Positions 12,721 to 27,101 of a stretch of 64,000 nucleotides of DNA are shown piece after piece. The translations under genes were made by a program, and so were the position numbers. The notes below the pieces were generated by a model. It did not search any database. It saw only the letters and a program-made list of their open reading frames with translations, and was not told where the DNA came from. This DNA comes from Vicugna vicugna (lineage: Eukaryota), in NCBI GenBank assembly GCA_013265495.1, contig MU058213.1, forward strand, positions 992,001 through 1,056,000. Direction: 5' to 3'. Numbering within the stretch: position 1 is the first letter of the stretch; each line of letters begins with the position of its first letter.

Positions 12721-15700
12721 CTTAATTTTCTTAGATAGTTATTTAAGCTTCTATTACAACTTCATTGGTATTTTAGTGTGCTTCATACAAAAAGATTCTG
12801 TTTTGCTAACTCACTCTACAGCCTTCATAAAAGCTACTCTAAATTTATTTTATTTTCAATCTGTATCTGGGATAATCAGCCTCTTCCACTTACTATTCAC
12901 TGTATAAAAAGTAATTCCTTTTATTTAAAGACCTATAATTACTTCTTTGAAGCTTCAAAAGATGCCCCTAAATTCTCAAGTATACAGTGAATAAGTCCAT
13001 ATTGCCCTCTTCACGTGCTTCACAGCTTTCTGAACTTTCACCAGATAAAAAGTTCATTCTTTATCCTTTCAGATTGAAGAGAACTATTTTTTTTTTGAAC
13101 AGTGCCTCATTCTTGCTAATCTCTCTGAATTTCAATTTTCTCACTTACAAAACAAAGCAATTAGACAGTAGGGAATTCAGAGTCAAGGTTAAGCACATGG
13201 CTTTGGAGTCAGACAGATCCAGTGGTTCAATATTTTCCAACTGAGTTGGAAGATCTTGAGCAAATTACCCAACTTCCTTCCTCAGAAACTTTATCCATAA
13301 AACTGGTTGCTAATAATGCCTACATCAGAGAGCTGTTAACAGAGAAGAGAGATAAAGTTTTAAGATCATTACATTATATTGTCATCACCTCTACTCCACC
13401 TCAAACCCAGATTTAAGCACCTCACTGTGCTTAATCTGAATTCCTTTACTATACTCTACAATGCATTGTGCAATATGGCCCCTGCCCCTGGGTTTAGTAA
13501 TACCTCACTGGGGTCTTCTCCCTTCTTCTGAGCTGTGGTGTGCCAGCCTTCTCTTGTTCTACAATACCCCAGACTCTCATGTCAAGGCTGTTCCTGTGCC
13601 CTCTGCTAGAGCATCCTCCCCTCAACCCCCAACTCTACAGGTCTCAGTTTAGATGTTTCCTTTTCAGAAAGCTCCTCCCTGGCCACCCTATACAATGCTT
13701 TGTTTACTTGGGATTATCTGTCACCCCATCTAGTCTGGACCCCCTGTGAGAGCATGGACAACCACTAATTCCAGAACCTAGAATAACACCTCGTAAAGAC
13801 CCAATAAATAAGTGTGGATGAAAGTGATGAGCATATTGTTTAGACGGCTGAAAAAATAGGATATGAAAGACCTCACATCCCATGTTAAGCAGTTTGGCCT
13901 CTATACTGCACACGACAGGGATTCACCGAAGGCTTTTAGGCAGAGTAATGAGTGACCAGATGTTTCTAATAGCCTAGTTCTAATCAGTAGTTCTTTAATC
14001 ATAATCAAAAGCACATCCTGTACAACTTCTGCTTGTGATCAGTTGTTCACCCCTCCACCAGCTTGTGTGCATACTATTGTCACTCACATTTTGAATGTAG
14101 ATAGGATTTATCTAATATACACAATTGCTTCTAAAATGTTATTCATATTAGGCAAAGGGGCTTTTATTGGAGGAACTAGGAGTCAGTTTTGCCTAAGGGC
14201 AGGGAATGGGAGAGCAGTTCAGTTGGTATTGCCTTATGCAGCTAGAGGAGAGATTCTTAGCCTGAAAAAAAGAGCCTTGGGAGTAAGTTCAGGGACAGGG
14301 AGCAAGGGGAGAGGGCCACAGTAATGAGCTAGCTCAGAGGGAGCAAATGAGCGGGACACCTTGCAGGCTGCTTGAGTCACCTAAAGAAAAGAACCCTGGA
14401 AGCACTTACCCCTGGGCTCCAGGTGGATCCCATCTGCCTCTTTTTTTCTAAATGTCCTTTTAGCTGAATTTTAGCTGGGAAAAACAGCTGAAAATTTTTG
14501 CCCAAGGCTTTATATTTGGGAAAGAAAAGCTAGCTCAAAAGATATTTAAGAAAAATGTAAAACTTCTAGGTGGCAAAATATATCATAAACAAGGTCAAAA
14601 TACAAATTGGTCCCCCCAAAATTTCATAGCAAACTCATTCCCTTAATGTATAAAGAGCTCTTACAAATTAATAAGAATTAAAAAGAAAAAGATAGGCAAC
14701 CCCACAGCAAAATAGGCAAAAGAAAACAACAGGCAACTCACATAAAAACCACTTAAAAAATTAAACATGAGATGTCCAATTTCACTAGTATTTAAAAAAT
14801 GCAAATTAAAAGCACAATTTAAATTTTTCCTCTACTAGATTTTTAAAGATTTAGAAACCTGAAACTCAAAGAACCTCCACAGTATCAGCTACAATTTAAT
14901 CTGTTCATTTTCAGCTTTTAACCTACCCAGGAAACATCTGCAGAGTTTAGGGAAACCCCTAACTATTTCAAACCCTGTAGAGCGTGAAATTTTGGAACTA
15001 CAACAGAGGTTAAAGATGATGTGGTCCAACATCTCATTCACAAGGAAATGTACAGTTCCAAGGACAATTCATCCAGACTGCAGAGGTGGCTCAGAGCAGC
15101 CCCAGCACCAGACCCAGGATGCCCTAAGCCCCAAGTCCTAAGGCTCCTTCTGGTTCCCTCTGCCTCTCTCTCCACCTCCCTCCCGTCACTTCTCTCTCTG
15201 AGTCAGAGCTAATAGATCTGTCAGAAATTGTACGGCAGCACAAATGGTAAGAGGAAAGCAAAAATCAAGACTCAACTAAAATTCTTTCATTATTGCAAAA
15301 CTCCATTTCCTGTACTATTTTTCCTAGTAAAAGAGTTATTGGAGACTGTGGTGTAAGGAGTCCCACAAGAAAACTTTTTCCTTAGCATCATTTCCCCTTA
15401 GCTTCAACCCTTAGCTGTGCCTCCAGCACAATCAAAATCTACAGAGCCACAATGTGACGAATCATAGTCTTCTTCACATATATCTAAATCTATTTATCCA
15501 AAAGTATTCATTCTTTCAACAAGTATGTACTGAGTACTGACTCTGTACCAGGTGCAGATATAGGTCCTGGGACACAGCATGTACACTGGTAGCTGGCCTT
15601 ATACTCAGGTTGCCTTATACTCATCCACTTATGGGTACTGGAGGGTCTGCAGGAGCCATGGTATTGGGCTGTGTGCCGGACCACACTGTACATACTCATT

Positions 15701-18700
15701 GTATTAAAAGTCTTCATAATCACGTCCACTGATTGGCTTTGGAGGTTCAGACCAGCACTAGATTTCAAGAACATTTATCCACATTGCCAAAATTCTGGTC
15801 AGTTCTTGTACAGCAAAAACCAAGTGTTGTGCCGATAATCCATGATTGACATATTGCTGCAACAGATGCTAGAGTTGTCCCTGCTGGGGATTTGGGTAAA
15901 TGGTCTCTAGCAATGAAAAATATGTTGAATGCAACCATGGATTGCCTAGAGATTCTACAAGATCTTCTATTTGACATTTTACCATGGCTGATTCTCTTTG
16001 GTTCCACAAATGTTTATCATTTGTATATTCTATTCTAGGCACTGTTCTAAGGGCTGTAGAAATAAAAATGAGTAAGATATTGGCCTTTTCAAGGGTCTGC
16101 TGATGAGATGGACACAGTCACTCTGACATGGTAAGGGTGGTGGTGGAGGTATGCACGAGGTGCCATTGGGGCCCAGGGGAGGCAAGCCTCACCCATCTTG
16201 GACAAAGGAATGGAGCACACAGTGGCTTCCTTGAAGGAGGGGGCACCTGAAGAGGGGATAGAAGGAGGAAAAGGAGTTAGCCAGGCAAATGGGGGAAGCA
16301 TGTTTCAGACAGAGACATGAATAAAGGCGTGAAGATATGAAACAGAATGAAATATATGTGAGGAATAATGAGCAGCTTAGAATTACTGCAGCAAGAAATG
16401 AGAGGAAACCAGAGAGATATCTGGAACTCAGGTCATGAAAGGCCTGGCACATAGTAGATGCTCAACAAATACCTGCTGATGAAAGAACTGGCTAGAGCTT
16501 TCCTCAAGGAAAAGGTATGGCCATATGGCTATGCATGATGGGCAAACTTTGTGTTTCACTTTGGTACTGAAACAGAACATAATGTTTCAGCATGACAAGG
16601 ACATGACGTGGTCAGCAAGAACATAGCTCGCTCAGCATGATACTTGGAGATGCAGGCATAATAAAGAGGAAGCGGCCAGGCAGTTTTGATATCTTGTGAC
16701 CAGAAGAGAAGGAAGAGCTGGGGTGGCGTCTGTACAGAAGATACAGGCTGAGATCATACGGAGAAAGATAAGAGGGAGATGCTCAGGATCCACAAGTTTG
16801 AGAACTTCTTGGATATAGCAACCATGTCCTTTCCCCCCACTGGCCTGGATACAACCACATAAATAAATCAAGTGTCTGTGACTACCCACCTTTCCTCATG
16901 GCACTACATGGAGGAAAGAAACTGAACTGAGAAGGAGCAGAACTTATATTTCTATGGGTGCTTTTTGTGTGGGCTCAAGTCCTCTGCTGCTGTTGAAGAG
17001 GCTAGAGAATACCCAGGGCTGGGAGAACAAGAAGTTAACACAACTTTGACAGTTCCATACTGAAACGCACAGGAGCTCTGGGCCAGAATAGAACAGAAGC
17101 AATGAGGTTAATAACGGAGGTAGACAACATAAGTACTTGTCATAAATTCTAAAAATCTTTCATCACACACCAAAAACAACTCAACAGGGTGAAGCGTAAT
17201 CTTTTGATGTTTCTAACATTGACTTTCTGTTTATAGTGTATTTTTTTAATGAAAAAAGAGGCTGTGTATGTATATGGGAATTCTTTGTACTTTCTGCTCA
17301 TTTTTGCTGTGAATCTAAAACTGCTCTAAAATATAAAAATCTTTAGGAAAAAAAATGACACAGTTCACTGTATAGAAGTTGAAGCAGCTCAGGACTGAGA
17401 GCCTGAGGCCCAGGTTCCTAATCCTGGCCTGAACTGGGACTCTGACCCGACACCCTGGACCACTTTCCTGTTTTCACTCCTCCAGGTATCTAAGGGCCTG
17501 TGATTGGGCTCTGATGATTACGAGAAGCTGAGACTCACTTAAGCTCATTCAAGTGAAGCACAGGAAGGGCATACAGTATTAAGAATACAGGGGAGGCTGA
17601 AGGGTAAGGAACTAGAGAAGGGCTGAGTCACAGAGGCCAAAACTGACGCGTGGCGTTGATTCCCAGGCAGACCCAAGGAGCTCAGCGGAAGGGATCTGAG
17701 GCCTGTCTGATGCACAACTGGTGATGGAGCCCTTACTGCCCATGTGTCTACACCACTCTTCTCTAGTTTATCTTTTTTATCCTCCTCAGTTGTGGTTCCC
17801 AAAAGAGAACATCTGACTGGCTCCTTAAATACGACTGGCTCTATTTAAACTGAACTTCTGAGAGTCGGCAACATTGTAAGGCCCTCGCCGGCCTGCAAGT
17901 GAGCCATCCTTGGGTCAGGTCCTCCCCTGGTCCAGTCATCTTGGCCATGCAGCTGGGTCATGCAGATACTCAGCAGGATCTGGCAGGTGAGCACAGCTCC
18001 CCTTGGGAGGGACTGTGGGCATGGAAAGCACTGTGGATTCATTTATGAAACACTGATGATGGCAATGCCTCGGTGGAAGTCTCAGGCGTAGGAGATGGAA
18101 AAGTGACATCTGGGTGGCAGAAGGGACTTAGGCCTTAAGTGTACAAGGCCTTTAGCAATTAAGACACACCTAGACATTCCTGAAAAATCCATTCCCAAGA
18201 TTCAGCATTCCTTCCTCACCTACTCCAACTCCATAATTTAGGAAACCATCTGCCCCTACTCTCCAGTATCCCAGGTTCTAAGGGCATTTTAATTGAGCAA
18301 ATGACCTTAAAAGTCACAACGGCAAGGATTTGAAGGTCTATTCCTAAATGAGATGAGCTTTTCCTTAGTTTATGGCTGTGTCCACACCCTTACCATAGCC
18401 CTTACTGTGGTTCTTCAACTTCTACCATTATACCACAGTAATTTGGAAAAATAGTCTGATCTGTACAGCTAAGGTCACACTATAGAAATGAGAAGTTCTG
18501 ACCAAAGCCTTGCTTCTGGAGGCGCTAATCACTTCTTGAAGCAATTGCAAACAGCCCTCTACAGTCAGGAAGCACCCAGGGTAGCCGGAGCTCTGGCAGC
18601 CTCCCTAGGAAATGAGTCAGAACTAGAGAGACTGCTTTGTTTGTCTCTCCTCAAAGATCCGTTAGTATACGACTGCTGAGCTCTGACATACGGACAAGTG

Positions 18701-20240
18701 GGCCGGGGGAAGGCAGCTAGTTTTTGAGGCTCCATTTTAAGGAGAAATAAATTGGTTAGATTCATTCACTAAATGAATAAATAGCTATACAAGCAGAATC
18801 AAAGGTATCCTATAACAACTGTGGAAAGTTGAACATTTTATAGGTGTGCCTTGCTTTTACACATTACATTTTCCCCAAAAGTATTGTTGAATTAGATGCA
18901 AAGAACTGGAACACAAGAGGCCTGGCTAGGTGGGAGGCTAAAACAGAATGCACATGCACATACACACACCCCTCTTTTTAAGAAATACGAATGTAAACCT
19001 GTTCCAATATCTGGGGAGGGAGAAGGGAGATATTTACAAGGAAAACACTGTACCCTTCTAATTCTTTTTATTCCCAAAAAGAGAAGGCAGGAGATGAACT
19101 TTAACCCTGACCATTCTCTCAGTTTTCACAGGCTTTTGTAGATATAAATATTCTAAAGGGATCATTATATGAGATGCCATAAAATACAGAGTGCCTTTTT
19201 ATGTTCCTAAATTAATAAAACAATTTTGTAGACAGAATCAAAAATTACAGGTATTTCCTTATTCTCCCAAATATGTTCTGATCTAATATTGCCTTCTTTA
19301 TACTGAATAAACTGTTCTTTTGAGTGATCATAATAAACAGAGACTGAGTTGAATAATTACAGAACTTTTCACACCTAAGTACTCAAGTCAGTAAAAATGA
19401 TCTTCATTTCTAATCGGTCTTCAAGTGACACAGAAGATCCTAACAGTTTAAATTACTCCTCCTCTACTAATGATCTGTAAATGAAAGAATACTAATCTTT
19501 CAAAGAGAATAAAATATAAGAGTTTGCTATGTGGAAAAAGATTGTCAAGTGATGAGTAATTTCAATGTCAAAAAATGTTTTGGGTATTGAATCTGAACAA
19601 AGTAGAACACATTCACAAATACTACTGGAATTAAGGAGATTCCTAGAGAGGTCAAATTTTCTGTCACATGAGTTAAGCAGCCTGTTTAAAAGAAGTCAGT
19701 TGATCTCTACATGAAACCTCTGATTAGATCATGAGATACTGAATTCTCGAATAACAAGGTCTCCTTTTAGAAATTCTTACCCTAAGTAGTACTGACCAAC
19801 CTTACTGAAATAAAATAAAAAGAAAAACATAAATCAGCATAATCTTCATGCCTTTTTTAGATTTATTAAGTAACCTCCCCCATGGATACTAAGTATAAGA
19901 GTTTTTACTATACAAATGTAATTTTATACACCACAGCCAGAAAGTAAAGTGGGTGAACTATTTTAAAAACAACAACTACAACAACAAAAGAAACACTTTT
20001 GGTAGAAAAAGTCCTACAACTTTAACAGAGAAGACAAGAATAAAGATTGTTGCCCTGTTTTTTTGGGGGGGGTTAGCATATGGTAATGCTAAATACTTAA
20101 ATTTCTTAAATTGTTGCTGTAACAACATTTAAACCTATCTGTCTGCTCTGAATGTGGTTCTTTTGAAAATGCTATGGCGAATCTTTAAGGCTGAACCTTA
20201 GAAATGATTTCAAGAGCCCAGCATTAAGCAGCTATATAAA

Positions 20241-20349
20241 ATTTTTTTTTAATTTTATTTTTTCTTTATCCCCCCTTAACAGAGGCACTGGGGATTGAAC
20301 CCAGAACCTTGCGCACGCCAAGCACATGCTCTACCACTGAGTTATCCCT
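20241..20349 (-). mobile_element. tRNA-Ala-derived SINE
   Basis: gaggcactggggattgaacccagaaccttgcgcacgccaagcacatgctctaccactgagttatccctc preceded by a T-rich tail. Confidence 0.85.
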
Positions 20350-22829
20350 CTATAAAATTATTTCAAGTTGCTAAATATCATCATAAACATGCAGTCAAGA
20401 GGACATAGTTGTACCAACATTTCCATGATAAAATGATTTATTTTTATGAATTGTTTAAGTGACATTCCCCTTCTGTATTTTTCCTATTCATTTTCAAATG
20501 AAATTTTAATTCAATATGTATTTACTGAGTCCCTCTTATGAACAAGGCTCTGTGTTAAAAGGTGGAGGGTGGGTGGAGGGAAATGGCATAGCCTGTCGTC
20601 TGCTTGCCATGTCCAGGCCTCTCTTCCTTGATCAAATGTCAAAAGGAGGTCAAAGAACCACAGTCCATTCTAACCCAAATAGACCTATCATTGGGCATTA
20701 TTATCCCTGTTTTACAGACAAAAAAAGTTTAGGTTGGGTGCAGTAAGGTAGCTTGGCCAAGATGAGATGGCTAGTTAAATGGTGGAGCCAGGATTTAACC
20801 CAAGAATGTCTAGTTCCAACTTTCCTTCTCTCTACATTACACTGTGGTATTAGGAGTTTTCTTATTCAAACCCCAGCTCAAATGTCACCATCTCAGATTG
20901 GATGTCCTTTTATATTAGTAATTTTATTTGCTTCACATTTTTAAAGAGATAAGACCCATTAGTAAGTTGTGAGAGGCTTTTCCAGTTGGAAAAAAAGTCT
21001 TTTGCATATATTTTTCCAAATAGTAACTTAGGTGAAATTCTTCTAACATAGGAGGAAAAAGGGATATAAAACAGAATTACACTTTCTCCCTGTCATTCAC
21101 TGAACGGCTAAGAGAAGTGGGGGGCCAGTTCCAAAGGCCAAGTGTGCACACCTGACCATCATCATGCCCCACGGAGTCATCAGATGCTCACAATTAAGTA
21201 TCTGTGGAAGATTCCCCACAAATACACACCCCTTCTGGCACACGGGTGAAGCAGACATTCAAAGTTTGAAATGTCAGCATGGGGAATGTGGGGTTTCTTA
21301 AGAAAATAATGAATTAGTATTTGTGTTATGTATGAATGCTTCTTCAATATCTTTTCAGGAGACTCTGAGATAGGAGTTTTTACCTCAATATTAAAAATGT
21401 AAGGGCTCTCAAAGAGGAGAAATAGGTTATATGACACAAAACTATTTATTTGAGGCATGTATTGAACGGTGTGCTAAAATGGGTTTTGCCCTATGGCTTT
21501 TCCTGTTTCCAGTTTTCCATTATTCTTGATCATCATTCTTGGGTTTCCAGACCCTTTATACAGTCTTTATTCCTCTCTGATTAAAGGGATTAACTTGTAC
21601 AGCAAGAGCGCTCAACACCTCTGATCCCCCTCACCCTAGACAGCCCTATTCCAACAGCCTGCTGAGATGACCTGCCTGGAGCTCAATCAGGCAATGCAAA
21701 GACTAAGAAGAAAACTTCCTAATCTTGGATGAGGACTTTCATTATATCAACTCAATGGTCATGTGTTTCTGAATTCTTAACTCCCATGTCGTACTTCATC
21801 TAGAGCAGAAAATTCCCCTAATTTATTGAACTTTACTAAATCCTCCAGTTTCAAAAGAAAAAAAAAAAGGTAAGGGGTTGAAAGAATAATGGATCAGGTT
21901 GCTGGTCTTGTCACATAAAGTTGACTAGGACTCAAAACATCAAGGGAGAGAGGGAAAAAAAAGAAGCATATTTTTGTAATCTTTTCTGTGAGCTCTCATT
22001 ATAGCAGTTTATAAATATATAGCTGATAATTGTAAATAATGAATTCTTGGAAATCACACTCTAACATGAAGAGCTGTAAAGCAGTTCATATTTTCCCCAA
22101 ACAGCAATGTTACAACTGAGGTTTGGGTTCCCAAGGCTTAGGTAGCATACTAGTTGTAGATATGAACAAAGAAACACCATAAAGCAATATGCAAAATTAT
22201 AAAACTGTGAACCAATTTCAAATATCAAAATTATACTGGTAGGGTCCTAGCCCTAGGGTTTAAAACATTACAAATTGATTACACAAGTATTTTACTATAA
22301 AGTACATAGAAAAGCACACTCATATAATACATATTTGATCAGAAATCTGTATGTTTACATTAAACATATAAATATGAGTGAATTATAATGATTGGGAATT
22401 GCCTTAAAACACTCCAAAAAGAAAAAGTGTTGAGAGAGGGAAGACAAGAAGCAAGATGTGCAAAATGCTGATATCTGATGTAGCATTGGGGGTTTGTGTG
22501 CTTGGGGGTTTGTCTTACTCTTGTCTTTACATTGTATATGCTTAAAACTTTTCATAATAAGTTTAAGAATCTAAGATAAAAGTTATAAATTAATTACTAC
22601 TTATACTTATAATTAATAAACATTTAACAATTTCTGTTTCCTTATTAAAACTGAGACAGATTCTTTCGGGGAAAATAAGATAGATCAGGAACAACTGCCC
22701 GTGGGAAGAGGCCTTAAGGCAGGTTTCTCACAGCAAGCAGCTGTCAGCAGTGTAACTGACGTGAGAGCCCTCCCCCAGCCTTTGAGATGGTGTGCTCACG
22801 CACTACTACACCAAAGTGTAAAAGTGTAA

Positions 22830-24532
22830 CTGCAAAGAATGAAGTTAGACTCTAACCTTATACCACATACACAAATTAACTCAAAATGGATCAAAGGTCT
22901 AAATGGAAAAGCTACGACTATAAAGCTCTTAGAAGAAAGCATAGGGGAAAAGCTTCCTGACATTAGAGTTGACAATGATTTCTTGGAAATGACACCAAAA
23001 GCACAGGCAGTAAAAGAAAAAAATAGATAAATTGGACTACATCAAAATTTAAAATGTCTGTGCGTCAACATACACAATCAGCAGAGTGAAAAGGCAACCC
23101 AGAGAGCAGGAGAAATATCTGCATCTCTTATATCTGATAAGAGGCTAATATCCAGAATATATAAGGAACTCCTACAATTCAACACCAACAACAAAAATAA
23201 TCTGATTAAAAATGGGTAAAGGAGTTTTCTCCAAAGAAGATATACAAATGGCCAAGAAGCATATGAGAAGGTCCTCAACATCATTAATCATTAGGGAAAT
23301 TAATGAAATGAAAACCACAATGAGACACTACCTCACACCCATTAGGATGCTTATTCTCAAAACAAAACAAAACAAACAAACAAACAAACAAAAAACCCCA
23401 GAAAACAAGCATTAACGAGAATGTGAAGAAATTGGAACCCCTGTGCACTGTTAATGGAAATTCTATCCAATCCAGCAATTCCACTTCTCAGTATATACCC
23501 AAAAGAATTGAAAACAGGTCTAGAGATATTTGTACATCCATGTTCACAGCAGCATTATATACAATATCCGAAAGGTAGAAGCAATCCAAGTATCCATCAA
23601 CAGATGATTGGTTATGCAAAATGTAGTACAGTAGTTTCCCATTATCCATGGGGTATACATTCAAAGACCCTCAGTGGATGCCTGAAACTGAAAAGCACCA
23701 AATTCTTATATATACTATTTTTTCCTATACATACATACCTATGATAAAGTAATTTATAAATTAAGCGCAGTAAGAGACTATTCAAATTGCAGCATCACTA
23801 TTCTTGTGCTTTGGGTCATTATTAAGTAAAATAAGGATTACTTGAACACAAGCACTGGGATAGTTGATCTGAACCAAGAGGGCTACTAAGTAACTAACAG
23901 GCAGGATATGCTGGACAAAGGCATGATTCACGTCCTGGGCAGGAAGGAGCAGAATGATGCGAGATTTCATCATGTTATTCAGAAGGGCATGCAACTTAAA
24001 ACTTACAAAAACCTGTCGTATCCAAGAAATCATTGCCAAATCTAATGTCAGGAATTTTCCATTTAATATTTTTGGACTGTGGCTGGCCATGTGTAACTGA
24101 AACTGTGAAAACAAAACTACAGATAAGAAGGGACTACTATATATATTTATTTATTTATATCCAGGGGAATATTATTCAGCTTTGAAAAGGAAGAAATTCT
24201 GACACATGCTACAAGGATGAACCTTGAGGACTTTATGCCAAGTGAAATAAGCCAGTCACACAAAAACAAAAAACCAAATATTGTATGATTCCACTTATAT
24301 GAGATACCTAGAGTAGCCAAATTCACAGACAGAAAGTAGGAAAGTGGTTGGCATGGAGCTGGAGGAAGAAGGAAATGGGGAGCTGTTGTTTAATGTGTAG
24401 AGTCTCAGTTTTGCAAGACAAAAAGAGTCCCAAAGATTACACTATATGAATGTACTTACTGAGCTGTATATTTACAAATGGTTAAGATTGGGAATTTTAT
24501 GTTATGTGTATTTTATGAAAAAGAAAAAAATT
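22830..24532 (+). mobile_element. Older L1 (ORF2 3' part + 3'UTR, L1MA/MB-like), interrupted by MER44
   Basis: Degenerate ORF2 peptides [50 protein letters not shown]. 3'UTR resumes after 24141. Confidence 0.88.
23629..24139 (-). mobile_element. MER44-like (Tigger-family) non-autonomous DNA transposon
   Basis: TIRs cagtagtttcccattatcc / agataagaagggactacta with TA on both sides (23627-23628 and 24140-24141). Confidence 0.8.
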
Positions 24533-26199
24533 CTAAAGTGTGCATCTGTATTCTAAATGTTTATTAAATGTCCAAATACACGGCCATTTCAAAAAGACAC
24601 ATCTCCAAAGATGACCCACGATAACTACATTGGATCCTTGTTGTTGGACTATTCCTATAGAGTTGAAGTAAGAGGAACATAGTAACTAATTAATTAGAAC
24701 TTAGTTAATGAGATATAGAAGAATACTGTTGCATAGTAAATTAATACATTAATGTTGGGGCTCACATATTTTAGCAGGGTTCTGTTTTCTTTTTTATTTA
24801 TTCCTTTTCACTCTACAGCTTTGTGAATTTACCAAAAAAAAAAAATCAAAGTTTACCAACTGCTCAGTTCAGATTGAAAATGCAAGAGGTGAAAATCTGG
24901 ACTACCATGGCCGCTGGGTGTGCACCTGCAGATATGCACTGAAATCTGCAACAAGCTGCCTCAGATTTGTTTTACTGCCCTCAGAGATGCTGCATTCTTC
25001 ACACAGCTCATACAACACACTTGGGTTACAAATCAAGTCACTGGAATGGTATTAGAGGTTTTTCTCTATTTGAGGTTATGGGTTTTTTCCTTTTTTCTTT
25101 TTTGCCCTCCTGCCATAAAATGAAGTTTTCCTTTCATTTCTGAAAAATAAATTGATCAATAAATTAATTTTGTTCTGCTTCTACTTTACACAAAGCTTCA
25201 TATTCAACCCAATACCTGAAAAATAAAATTATTAGAAAAACGGATGAAATAAACTATGGACTTAATGCTTCTACAGAAGAATAAAGGTGATTTAGACGAT
25301 TCCAAGAAATGGTGTTGAGTTCAAAATGAAGTTAGTGAGCGCAAGAAAGAGAGAAAAAATTAAGAGGCAAGGCCCTACCTAGGGCCACCCATGAGAAGTC
25401 TCCAGCCCTGAGAGTCTTTCTTTCAGAGAGCCAGCCAACTCTGGACACTTGCTACCTGAGCTTTCACACTACTAGAAGTTGTTTGAAATTAACAAATTTT
25501 CTTCCCATTAAATGTAATTTTATTTTTATTTTTAAAGTCTTCAAATCAGGATGACAAGTTAAGACACTCGACACTATTCCTGGGAGAACAATGATGAAGA
25601 ATAAGGAAGAGGTGACCATTCGAGAATAAAAAGTAAAATTGCAATTGAGTCTAATGTTCTCTGTTTTGTTTTATGATCTTAAAAAACACGAAGATAGCTT
25701 AAAAAAAAAACTACATTTCCACCTACATCATAATATCCGGTCCCCATGGCACTGTACCAACCCCGAATAATTAAAGCCAGCTTTAGCTCAGGGAACTCCG
25801 CCAGTGCTGCTAACTGAAAGACAGGTAGTGAACACAAAGCCATGTACTTTTGACTGGATTCTCTAAAGTGCAATGAGTCAGACTCTAAGTGTCAGAAGAT
25901 CTAGTCTCATGCTAATGAAAACAAAGATATTTACTGTTAAAACCCCTTTTATCCAAGTACCTCAAAGTGCTTGGCAAACATTAATCAAATAAAAATAAAG
26001 GCATAGCCTCAGGATATGTGAAAGCACTGGACTTTCAAAAACTCATACAAAAAGCCTCTAGATCCAGCTACCAATTTACAGAGGAACACGTTAAACTACA
26101 CCATGGCAATATAATCAGCAAAAACCAGACTTTGAGAAATTCTATAGGACAAATGACCCAGTTTCTTCAACAAATAAATTTCAAGGAAAAAAAAGAGAA

Positions 26200-26420
26200 G
26201 GTGGGGAGGAATAAATTAGGAGTTTGGGATTAGCAGATACAAAGTACCATATATAAAATAAATCAATAACAATATCCCATGACATAGCATAGGGAACCAT
26301 ATTCAATATCTTGTAATAACCTATAATGAAAAAGAATATGTATATTTATATATGTATGACTAACTCACTATGCTGTACACCAGAAACTAACACAACACTG
26401 TAAATCAACTTAGTTCATTA
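26200..26420 (+). mobile_element. L1 3'UTR fragment nested in an older L1M-like sequence
   Basis: ggataaattaggagtttgggattagcagatac...atagcatagggaaccatattcaatatcttgtaataacc...aacactgtaaatcaac. Confidence 0.75.
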
Positions 26421-26650
26421 AACATAATTTTTAAAAAAGGGGAGGGAACATACAGATTGAGACTTAAAGAAAATATCAAGCAACTGTAATATCTGAACCT
26501 TGATTCAATTTATGATACAACTGAAAATGCAAACACTGACTTGATACTAAGGAATTACTATGAATATTTTTATGTATAATAATAATATTGTGGAGGTTAT
26601 ATATATACATATATACATGTATTTTTTTTTAAGTGCTTATGTTAGAGACA

Positions 26651-27101
26651 CTACATCAGGGATCCTGAAGACCATTCCTAGGTTCAGTGATTTCCTAGAA
26701 GGACTCACAGGACTCACTATATACTGTACATTGCTCAGATTTATTACAGCAAAAGGATGCAGAACAAAATCAAATCAATTCCCGTCCCCTGCAACAAGTT
26801 GTGACAATGTTGTCTACCAAAGAAGCTTATTAGAGACTCCACGCCCAGGTTTTTATGAGGGCTAGTTAGAGAAGCCTGCTCTGTTTAGCATGTATCAAGA
26901 TTCCAGACTCCCAGGAGGAAATCAAGAATCCAGCATAAACCATATTGTCTGTGTACAAAGCTTAGGCACAGTGACCCATGAGCAGTTAAGGTGGTGAGAA
27001 GCCTCCTGAAATCCAAGTTCCCTTATGCTAGCCAAGGGCCAAACTTGTAAGCAAACCTCTCAAAAGATAACAGGTCTAATATGATAACTCTTTTCTGCAC
27101 A
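26651..27101 (-). mobile_element. MER21-like LTR
   Basis: aagaccattcctaggttcagtgatttcctagaaggactcacaggactcac...aactcttttctgcaca resembles MER21 (recalled). Confidence 0.7.
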
